Source of the DNA: Herpetosiphonaceae bacterium
Lineage (GTDB): Bacteria; Chloroflexota; Chloroflexia; Chloroflexales; Kallotenuaceae
Direction: 5' to 3'
NCBI GenBank assembly: GCA_030147335.1
Contig: JASKZZ010000083.1
Span: forward strand, 1-35,300
DNA: 35,300 bases
Part shown: positions 18,600 through 25,889 of the stretch, piece by piece
How positions within the stretch are numbered: position 1 is the first letter of the stretch
Layout: the number at the start of each line of letters is the position of its first letter
Notes under the pieces: model-generated
The model's input: the letters and a program-made list of their open reading frames with translations, nothing else
Databases searched by the model: none
What the model was told of the DNA's origin: nothing
Made by a program: the position numbers and the translations under genes

Positions 18600-20792
18600 A
18601 TGCCTGGTTTAGTAGATTTAGTGGCTCGCCCAACCGTTTGTTCATCTGGTGAAGTTACACAGATGTGGGCTATGCCTGGTGCCGAGTTAGATCAGATGGT
18701 GGAGTGGGAATCATGTACGTTTTTGCCGCCACCGCAGTTCGCCTTTCTACCGAATTATACGGAGCCTCGCACCCGCAATGCGGATGCGATGCCGACCATT
18801 GGTGATTACCCTGTCCGGCTAGCAGAGGCCGAGCGGCCTGATGGTTCGACCCAGTTCGTTGGGATGCTTGCCCGTGACTTCTTAACGGCGATGACCATTA
18901 TGGCGCCGATGGGTACCGGCAAGACGCATCTTGCAAAGATTATTCTGAGCGAGATGCTGCGTATAGGCGCAGGGGTCTCCGTCACTGACTTCAAAGCCGA
19001 CCTTGTTACAGATATGCTCGACACGATGGTGCCCCGTGACAAGGAAACCACCACCTGGGTCGTTGATATGGCCGATACCGCTTGGCCGGTCGCCATTAAT
19101 CCGCTGATGCAGCCTGGAGTTAACCCCCGCGATGCCGGCGATCGCGGCCGCATGGCTGATGGTCTCCAGTCGCTCATTAGCCGGTTTGATGATTCGTTCG
19201 CTCAGGGCGCGGGTATGCAAGAGTTTGCGCGTAACGCGACGCTGGCGTTGGTCGAAGCGGAGCCAACGCCCGACCTGTTGAAACTACACCGCTTCATGGT
19301 ATCCGAGCCGTACCGCATGAGCTTAGTGCCTCATATGCACGACGGTATGGTGCGTGAGTTCTGGGCGCGCGATTTCCCCGCACGTGGCGAGCAGTCGAAA
19401 ACGAGTGTCGATGCACTTGTTCGACGTTTCGGCATGTTCTTGATGAACCCCGTCATCCGGCACGTGGTCTGCCGTCCGCGCACAACGCTTGATTATCGTA
19501 AAGCAATGGACCAGGGGTATATTGTGCTCGCGAGCGTGCCGGTCGAGACGATCGGCAACAAAATCGGCGGTTTTGCTGCCATGATGATCCAGGAATTGTT
19601 GAATGTAGCTGCGTTCTCACGCGCTGCGGACAAGGTGCCAGATGAAGAACGTCGATTTTTCCTGAACCTGATCGACGAGTTCCAACAGGCCGTTAACTCC
19701 GGCGATCCCGCAGCAGTTGCAACCCAGATTTCAAAACTCCGTGCAATGGGTGTTGGCAGTGTGTATCTGTATCAGTCGAGCGCACAAATTCCGCCGGATC
19801 TCCGAGCGCAAATTGAATCAAACGTCGCTAATGCCATTTGTCTGGGAGCTATGGGTGGCGATATCCCGACACTGATGCAACGATGGGGCACACATCTTAC
19901 CGATGCCGACTTTGCAGGAATGCGGCGGCGCGAAGATATGTACATGCAAGTTCAGGTCAACGAGCAAAAAACACCACCTTTCCGTGCTCGCTCGTTGCCA
20001 CTATGGCCGACGCTAGAGCCGTTGCCTCTGGGTCCAACTCCACGCGAAGATTGGCGTGACATCCGCGCGCCCATCGCTGAAGATTGGCATGCCTGGATGG
20101 ACGAAAAGATCAAGGGCATCCAGGATTACGAGCGCGCGGCCACAATCCAGCGCGATGAGGCGAGAGCGTTGGAGTCGCAGGCAAACTTGCTGGAGCGTGG
20201 TCAAAAACAGGCCGCCGACGTCGCCCGCGACCAGTACCAAAAAACACGGAGCGAGTGGCCAAACGACGCGCAAGCCTTGCGAGATCGGGCCTTTATGATC
20301 AAGCGTACAGCAAACGATCTCGAGCGAGCACCGTTGCAGTTGCTGATCCAGGCACCCGGCCGCATTTTTGACCTGTATCGTGACCGCAGTGCCCAGCACC
20401 GGAAAGCACAACACCAATTTATTAACGCCAACCCAGCTGCGATCCCTGATACCCGCCAGCGTATTACCTGGCTTAGCCGTCTTGCCCTTGCCGAACCGCA
20501 GGTCGAAGTTGCAGCCTATGTCGAGCGCACCATTGCCCAACTTGCGGGGGTGGAACCGGTTGTCGAAGTTACGAAAGGTGGGAAGGACAAGGAGCAATCG
20601 TCGCGAGTAAGCCAGATCATCGCGCCTGGTCAAATCAAACAAACCAGCGACCAGGGGCCGTCTCACTTAAGGCGATTGGGCGGCGATATTCAAACAAAGA
20701 TTGCAGAAGATCAACGAAGTGAGCAGCAGGCAATTGAGGACGTTACACCGGTGTGGAATCCTAATGAGGACACCGAAGACATGAGTTTCTAA
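18600..20792 (+). CDS. VirD4/TraG/TraD-like type IV coupling protein ATPase, no N-terminal TM helices
   Basis: AGGA RBS precedes the start. Walker A is IMAPMGTGKTHLAK and Walker B is RFFLNLIDEFQQAV, followed by KLRAMGVGSVYLYQSSAQI (T4CP-like Q-S..Q motif). The first ~100 aa contain no hydrophobic helix. The C-terminus has a coiled-coil and an acidic end. Confidence 0.8.
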   Translation: MPGLVDLVARPTVCSSGEVTQMWAMPGAELDQMVEWESCTFLPPPQFAFLPNYTEPRTRNADAMPTIGDYPVRLAEAERPDGSTQFVGMLARDFLTAMTIMAPMGTGKTHLAKIILSEMLRIGAGVSVTDFKADLVTDMLDTMVPRDKETTTWVVDMADTAWPVAINPLMQPGVNPRDAGDRGRMADGLQSLISRFDDSFAQGAGMQEFARNATLALVEAEPTPDLLKLHRFMVSEPYRMSLVPHMHDGMVREFWARDFPARGEQSKTSVDALVRRFGMFLMNPVIRHVVCRPRTTLDYRKAMDQGYIVLASVPVETIGNKIGGFAAMMIQELLNVAAFSRAADKVPDEERRFFLNLIDEFQQAVNSGDPAAVATQISKLRAMGVGSVYLYQSSAQIPPDLRAQIESNVANAICLGAMGGDIPTLMQRWGTHLTDADFAGMRRREDMYMQVQVNEQKTPPFRARSLPLWPTLEPLPLGPTPREDWRDIRAPIAEDWHAWMDEKIKGIQDYERAATIQRDEARALESQANLLERGQKQAADVARDQYQKTRSEWPNDAQALRDRAFMIKRTANDLERAPLQLLIQAPGRIFDLYRDRSAQHRKAQHQFINANPAAIPDTRQRITWLSRLALAEPQVEVAAYVERTIAQLAGVEPVVEVTKGGKDKEQSSRVSQIIAPGQIKQTSDQGPSHLRRLGGDIQTKIAEDQRSEQQAIEDVTPVWNPNEDTEDMSF

Positions 20793-20802
20793 GGAATGCA
20801 TT

Positions 20803-21243
20803 ATGTCACTCGTCTATGCCCCAGTTATGTCTCCTGGTGCTGCACTAGCTGCATTACGTGCATCTCGACATATGACTCAGGAAGAATTAGTCAAGCTAAG
20901 TGGCTTAGGACGTAGAACTATTCAGAGGTTGGAGAACGGTGAAAATGCTCGGCCGAGGCGGGCGTCGCTGGTTGGTCTCGCGCGTGCATTTGGACTAACA
21001 GTTGATCAACTGAAACATGATCTGGGATTAGCTCCTTTTGGCTCTCAACGGCCGGAAACACCGACAAACAAACAAGCGGAAAGCTCTCGATTTCCTTATG
21101 GACCACGTTTGGATCGTATAGCTCTTATGTTTCTTAATCTTTCATCGGCTCAACAGGACTATGTTGAGAGTGTAATTCTGAATTTACACAGCGCACGCTA
21201 TCAGCCAGATCCGAGGGACATCGAAAAGGATGCAAATAAATGA
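20803..21243 (+). CDS. XRE-family helix-turn-helix transcriptional regulator
   Basis: AAGGA RBS precedes the start. MTQEELVKLSGLGRRTIQRLENGENARPRRASLVGLARAFGLTVDQL is a canonical HTH_3 (Cro/C1) domain. Confidence 0.85.
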   Translation: MSLVYAPVMSPGAALAALRASRHMTQEELVKLSGLGRRTIQRLENGENARPRRASLVGLARAFGLTVDQLKHDLGLAPFGSQRPETPTNKQAESSRFPYGPRLDRIALMFLNLSSAQQDYVESVILNLHSARYQPDPRDIEKDANK

Positions 21244-22340
21244 ACACAGTACCTCGACACCTGACACGTGGCCAGCTTGACGATAACGCAACACGGATCG
21301 ATTGGGAAATCATGCGCATGTTATGGATATGTCATTTTGCATCACCGCACCAGTTAACCAGGCTCGTACTTGGAACAGCATCTCACTCCAATCGAGTGAA
21401 AATGAATGCGATTTTGCTGCGACTCCGTGCATCGACAAAAGTTTGGTACGAGCCTAAAAATTTATTCAGGGGGAGTACTGATAACAAGGAACATTTCAAC
21501 GGAATGGTATCGGGAGGTCGATTTTACGGTCTGACCCAAGCGGGAAAGAACCTCATGAGCGACATTGCTCCTGACTTCATGCCCGAACTCCTGCAAAGCC
21601 ACTGTACTGTTCGTGAGTTCTATTTTTCAATGGCAGGCCGAAATTCCATGCGCCATTCTGGTCACTATACAGAATTCTGCACGCGTTTTATCACTGAGAT
21701 GCGCCACCATCCACGCACACTTGGAATATTCATAGACACTGAGTGTACACGCTTGGGCAGCCACCTGCGTATGGATGGACTGCTTCGGCACAGATTCTTG
21801 AAAAATCTTCAGCCTAATGTTCCGAATACCGACGTTATGCCGTGGTATGTACCGTGGCTACTTGGACTACGCTCGCCAGGTGATCCTAATGTGATTGACC
21901 GCACATACTCTATTGAGATTGACGAGAACACGGAAGAACTCGAGATCATCGTACGGAAAGCCCAAAATTACAAACGAACGTTTCTTGGTGGGATGGATCG
22001 TCCAAACGTACCCCGAGTTGCGTGGGACAGTATTTTATGCCCTTCCGGGGCGCAACTACCACCCGAGGCGCGGCAAAAATACTTTCCCATTCCTGTCTTT
22101 GTTGTCCCAGGACCGCAGCGGTTGGCGAATGTACTGGCAGCATGGCAGATGGGATGGCCCAACGGACCATTTCTTGGGACACATTGGGGATTACTTAACC
22201 AAGCACAGTCGATAACAAATGCACCATACCTCAACATCAATGGTCAGTGGATAAATTTGATTGGCAACTCCCATGGCTATCAAGGACAACTACCGACACC
22301 GGCACGTATAACGCTTGACCCTCGAGGCAAACACGTATGA
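21240..22340 (+). CDS. Replication-relaxation (Replic_Relax, PF13814-like) family protein
   Basis: ATGA overlaps occur at both ends (21240-21243 and 22337-22340). The N-terminal pattern TRIDWEIMRMLWICHFASPHQLTRLVLG...NRVKMNAILLRLRASTKVWYEP matches the family's winged-helix opening (D..IL..L...R.lT..QL..L.F ... L..L). Assignment is by eye. Confidence 0.55.
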   Translation: MNTVPRHLTRGQLDDNATRIDWEIMRMLWICHFASPHQLTRLVLGTASHSNRVKMNAILLRLRASTKVWYEPKNLFRGSTDNKEHFNGMVSGGRFYGLTQAGKNLMSDIAPDFMPELLQSHCTVREFYFSMAGRNSMRHSGHYTEFCTRFITEMRHHPRTLGIFIDTECTRLGSHLRMDGLLRHRFLKNLQPNVPNTDVMPWYVPWLLGLRSPGDPNVIDRTYSIEIDENTEELEIIVRKAQNYKRTFLGGMDRPNVPRVAWDSILCPSGAQLPPEARQKYFPIPVFVVPGPQRLANVLAAWQMGWPNGPFLGTHWGLLNQAQSITNAPYLNINGQWINLIGNSHGYQGQLPTPARITLDPRGKHV

Positions 22341-22792
22341 CGACATCAGCAAATGTTCCAGCACTCTTTGACTCAGCAACGAATAGCGAGTGGTTAGTGC
22401 TTTTGCATCAGGGGCTCGATTCTCTCCGACGTTCACACGAATTAACTCAGCAACAACTAGCTGAGGCTTCGGGTCTGAATCGAGAAACGATTGGCAGAAT
22501 TGAACGTGGACTGGTTCGCACAAAGCTGCAGCAAGCAACAGTAGCAGCTCTTGCCGCAGCCTTTAAGTGTTCAACATTATTTGAGTTTCGGGAGGCCTTA
22601 CAGCGATCACGGAATTTAGGTGTTATTCGAAATACAACAGCACTCCAGATCGATGCGCGATCTCATCGACTCCTTCTGGCTTTTCAAGAACTTTCGCCTG
22701 CACAGAAGGACACCGCCGAAGCTGTTGTTATGCGCTTACTTGCAAATGTGCGGGCGCACCGAGTCGGCGAGGAAAAGCTGTGCACCATGTAG
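22337..22792 (+). CDS. XRE-family helix-turn-helix transcriptional regulator (second copy)
   Basis: LTQQQLAEASGLNRETIGRIERGLVRTKLQQATVAALAAAFKCS is an HTH_3 domain. The gene is translationally coupled to the upstream gene. Confidence 0.85.
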   Translation: MTTSANVPALFDSATNSEWLVLLHQGLDSLRRSHELTQQQLAEASGLNRETIGRIERGLVRTKLQQATVAALAAAFKCSTLFEFREALQRSRNLGVIRNTTALQIDARSHRLLLAFQELSPAQKDTAEAVVMRLLANVRAHRVGEEKLCTM

Positions 22793-22905
22793 TCACGATC
22801 ATTGTCGGTATGCTGCAGATATGTCCGTGCGTCTGCTCCATTTGCTACCATTCGGCACGGAACCCGTTCACGTCGTAATACCACTACATCGGAGCAATTA
22901 CCGTC

Positions 22906-24339
22906 ATGGCTCGCATCTACACCCAGCCGACCACCGCGTCAACAGGCGCTTTGACCGTCGCTCTTTCCGTTCCAACCTTTGTCGATGAGGCTCCCACTAT
23001 GCTCAATCAAGCACCGTCCAACGACTACAACGCAATGCTCGAGTCCACCGTTCTTCCTGCCCTTTCCAACGACCCCGTGATGACAGTGCCGGCATATGAT
23101 CTTGCCGATGCTGCACCGGAATCAACCACACCTGCAACGTTGCCGATGGCATTGGCTACAGCCGTTTCAAACGGAAGCACGAGTAAGAAGAAGCGAAAGA
23201 AGAATAGAAACACACAGGATGGCCAGGATTCAGCAACTGTGAACTCAGCGGCTCAGACAAAACCACCAGTCCAAACTGAGGAGGCGCCGACTGCAGGGAC
23301 ACCTCCAGTATCTGTTGAAAGCTCGCTGCCGATCGACGATACAACGCCGTTATCACCGGTTGACGATCCCAACAATCCTGACTGGAAAGACTACTGGCCG
23401 TCGAACGAACTTGTCATGTATGCAACGATGGATCCATCAACCGCTCAGGCGCCGACGCTTGACGGCATCCGCATGATTCGCACCCAGGCGCAGATTACCG
23501 AAATTGATCCTGAAACCAGCGAAGTGGGCATCGTTGCAAAAGTGCCGGTGCAGATTTTGCCGATGGCGCGTGGCTACGAACCGTTGTTCAACGAGATTAC
23601 ACGGGCACGCCGACGCAGTGAGCGAGTGCGACCTTTCATTGTTGAGCTGCGTGGTGTGTGCAAGCGATTAGCTGACCAGGATACCCGTTTTGCAACTGCT
23701 CGACGGACCACCTTGTTTGGTATGCAGATCAGCCAGGTAAAGCGCATCGACAAGGATCATATGCAGTTTGGCCGATGGCGGGGACGCGGCACAGTTGCTG
23801 CGGTTCGTCCATTTGACCTTAACGGCACTGAGTATTTCCGCGTCACGTTGGAAGTTGCCTCCACGAAGAGAAAGGTGTTCCTCCGTGGTGAAACAGCCCA
23901 GGTTGATCTGGTAGACGTGTTGATCCGCCGTGACCACAAGCATGCCAATCGCTTCAGCCGTGTCGGGCAGCGTTTGTTGGTCGAGGCTGAAATCACATCG
24001 CAGACCAGTGTTCTTCGGGATGACCACCCATCGCTTGAGGGACTGGACGACGATACCCGCGTAAAGCTGGGAACACTTCGCCAGGGTATTGTGCTGGTTA
24101 ACATGGGCGAGTTTGCCGACGCACGGGCCGAAACGGATTTCAACAACTGGTTGCGAACTGGACAAGGTAATCATGGACGTCCGGGACGAGGCCGACACCA
24201 GGACGGCACCGGCACGCGGATGACGCGCCGATCTGCTGCATCAACCGGTAATGGGTACTACACCCGTGAAAAGAATCAGTCAGGACAAACCAAGCAGGCG
24301 CAACATCAGGTTAGCAAGCAGGCCGAAGTTACTGCTTAA
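22906..24339 (+). CDS. Hypothetical protein; disordered N-terminus with a KKKRKKNR basic patch, folded core, Gly/Arg/Gln-rich C-terminal tail
   Basis: 477-aa ORF with GGAG 11 nt upstream. It is the last gene before a strong terminator. No family motif recognised. Confidence 0.6.
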   Translation: MARIYTQPTTASTGALTVALSVPTFVDEAPTMLNQAPSNDYNAMLESTVLPALSNDPVMTVPAYDLADAAPESTTPATLPMALATAVSNGSTSKKKRKKNRNTQDGQDSATVNSAAQTKPPVQTEEAPTAGTPPVSVESSLPIDDTTPLSPVDDPNNPDWKDYWPSNELVMYATMDPSTAQAPTLDGIRMIRTQAQITEIDPETSEVGIVAKVPVQILPMARGYEPLFNEITRARRRSERVRPFIVELRGVCKRLADQDTRFATARRTTLFGMQISQVKRIDKDHMQFGRWRGRGTVAAVRPFDLNGTEYFRVTLEVASTKRKVFLRGETAQVDLVDVLIRRDHKHANRFSRVGQRLLVEAEITSQTSVLRDDHPSLEGLDDDTRVKLGTLRQGIVLVNMGEFADARAETDFNNWLRTGQGNHGRPGRGRHQDGTGTRMTRRSAASTGNGYYTREKNQSGQTKQAQHQVSKQAEVTA

Positions 24340-24360
24340 TCACAACTCGCAACAACAAAA

Positions 24361-24393
24361 CAGCACGGGTCGCATGACCCGTGCTGTTTTGTT
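24361..24393 (+). terminator. Rho-independent terminator ending the second (transfer) operon
   Basis: cagcacgggtc-gcat-gacccgtgctg is a perfect 11-bp stem, followed by ttttgtt. Confidence 0.85.
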
Positions 24394-24897
24394 AAAACTC
24401 CAACCGCATTCCACCAGCTAGGAGCAATCGCCGAGCATCAGTTCTGCCTCATTATGCTTTAGGGGAGCATGTCCTTCATGCCATAGGCTTCGTTGTTGTG
24501 GGCATCCAGCTTTTATCTTCCTCAAGCATTGACGTAATCGGCCTTGAAGTGATGCTTAGTAAACAAATGATGATGTGGCAGAAATGCTTAGGCGTATCCT
24601 GTGCAACTATACAGAGCAATACCCCACACCCGACGACGACTAAATATACATTTCTTCACCTCGATACCTACAGTGTAGCCACCTGTTGCTGTTTGGATAT
24701 CCCACGGTCGACCACTGGATAGAAGTACGTACCACAACTGGTCTATGCCGGTTAGCCGTTGTTATTTCATCTAATGACCTAATCCAGCGGTAAAAATGGT
24801 CAAAACACTTTACACTTGACAAAAGTCCTCAAAATCACAAATCCACCACAAGATGCTGTATGGCATCCGACATAGGTAGCATTTTGGGAAATATGTG

Positions 24898-24948
24898 ATA
24901 AAGCGCCAAATAAAGGGCCAAATAAAGCGCCAAATAAAGCGCCACAAC
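24898..24948. repeat. 12-bp tandem repeat AAGCGCCAAATA, about 4 copies
   Basis: The copies are aagcgccaaata / aagggccaaata / aagcgccaaata / aagcgccacaac starting at 24901, preceded by ata. They are contiguous with no spacers. Confidence 0.9.
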
Positions 24949-25020
24949 GGCAGTACTGATTTTTTTCCGCCTGGGGAGCCGCCAAACCGGCATTTGGGGG
25001 GTCCCACATGTCTTAATAGG

Positions 25021-25310
25021 AAAGTACCGTTTCCTTCGTCGTATTCGACTACGAATTCGATACGCTTTTTCTTTCGTTATTCGTAAAACGTATTCGTTTT
25101 CGAAGTTCGAATGAACTTCGAGACATTCGAAGTTCGAATGAACTTCGAGACATTCGACGTTTGATTTCGATTCGTTCTTCTTCTTTCGTTTCTTCGATTC
25201 AGTACTCGATCTCGATTCCGATGTCGTAGCGCCCCCTTTCGAGTCTCCGAATCTCCGTATTCGTCAGACGTTCGAACTCCGCCCTCGATCCTCGACCTAC
25301 GATATTCGCA
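25021..25310. repeat. About 290-bp non-coding tract saturated with TTCG/TCGA/ATTCG words (dispersed GTATTCG copies and TTCGAA palindromes)
   Basis: cgtattcgac, gttattcgta, cgtattcgtt, cgtattcgtc, gatattcgca, acgaattcgatacg and the ttcgaagttcgaatg units are all visible by eye. No ORF with protein-like composition is present. Confidence 0.8.
25099..25157. repeat. 27-bp perfect tandem repeat, 2.2 copies (TTCGAAGTTCGAATGAACTTCGAGACA)
   Basis: 25099-25125 and 25126-25152 are identical, followed by a partial third copy ttcgac. Confidence 0.95.
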
Positions 25311-25331
25311 TCCGGGGAATTTCCCCGGATG
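25309..25331. repeat. Hairpin catccgggg-aattt-ccccggatg; inverted copy of the hairpin at 9431-9457
   Basis: The reverse complement of 25309-25331 equals 9433-9455 (catccggggaaattccccggatg), and the match extends by 1 nt. Confidence 0.85.
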
Positions 25332-25420
25332 GCCTGCATCGTGTGGGTGATGCGGTGGTGACAATGCCGACCGGCGGGGTGGCGGGACAGCGGTGCGGAG
25401 ATGGTCGTGGTGGAGCGATT

Positions 25421-25673
25421 AAGAACACTGTTCGGATTAGCCCCACGAGCACTGTTCAGGCGGGGGGTGGACCATCCTGGTTTCCGGCAAATAGCGGCAG
25501 ATTGGGGCCGAGCAATGAACAGCGAACGGGGTGTTCAGGACCGTGCAATATGCCGTTCCGCCAGTGTTCATGCAGTGTTCGGGCTGAACAGGCTGAATGA
25601 GCGGCATCTGTTCGAACACCGGCATGAACACCCCATTGAATACCTGAAGCGGTGTTCTGGACAGTGCAGAACC
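25421..25673. promoter_or_regulatory. Cluster of at least 8 TGTTC and 4 GAACA pentamers within about 250 bp (candidate protein-binding array: iterons, centromere or operator)
   Basis: TGTTC occurs at 25429, 25453, 25532, 25565, 25576, 25609 and 25654. GAACA occurs at 25517, 25586, 25614 and 25626. The extended form is (C/G)ACTGTTC(A/G)G or GTGTTC(A/G)(G/T). Confidence 0.5.
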
Positions 25674-25801
25674 AGCTAACCGTCGACCACCACACTATCA
25701 CCTATCACGCCTGTATTGGACATGCTATCGGGCTATATGCGAAAGGGCTGGTCATCTTTAGAGTAGACGTGGTTACGCGCTTCGCACCAATTATTTCTTG
25801 A

Positions 25802-25859
25802 TGTAATACATACTGTAATACAGCATGTGTTACACATCGTAATACGTAGGTGTACGACG
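25802..25859. promoter_or_regulatory. Phased 12-bp array of the near-palindrome TGTAATACA (4-5 units); candidate operator or parC-like centromere
   Basis: Units are TGTAATACA at 25802, TGTAATACA at 25814, TGTGTTACA at 25826, cGTAATACg at 25838 and TGTAcgACg at 25851. Spacing of the first four is exactly 12 bp. Confidence 0.5.
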
Positions 25860-25889
25860 TCCACTAAACACATTTTTGTTTCTCCTTAG

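Noticed and set aside
25105-25145. tRNA T-loop-like GTTCGAATG words
   Set aside because: They are part of the 27-bp tandem repeat. No acceptor, D or anticodon stems can be drawn around them, and no GGTTCGAATCC-type full T-arm is present.
24898-25157. Possible CRISPR array, suggested by the short direct repeats at 24898-24948 and 25099-25157
   Set aside because: The repeats are contiguous (12-bp and 27-bp units with no unique spacers), far too few and too short. No cas genes are in the window.
25330-25420. G-rich run (ggcggggtggcgggacagcggtgcggagatggtcgtggtgg) as a G-quadruplex
   Set aside because: Most tracts are only GG, so at best it forms a weak two-tetrad structure. Nothing distinguishes it from a generally GC-rich spacer.
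25421-25673. LexA (Cheo-type GAAC-N4-GTTC) SOS boxes as an explanation for the TGTTC/GAACA cluster
   Set aside because: The GAAC..GTTC pairs I can find have spacers of 3 nt (agaacactgttc), 5 nt (gaacggggtgttc) or 0 nt in reversed order (gttcgaac). None has the N4 spacing. Most sites are direct repeats.
25077-25701. ORFs in the repeat region (25077..25364 minus strand with NVSKFIRTS repeats; 25343..25600, 25401..25679 plus strand; 25456..25701 minus strand)
   Set aside because: Their apparent periodicity comes from the DNA tandem repeats and motif clusters. There are no RBS, several mutually overlapping frames and a non-protein-like composition.
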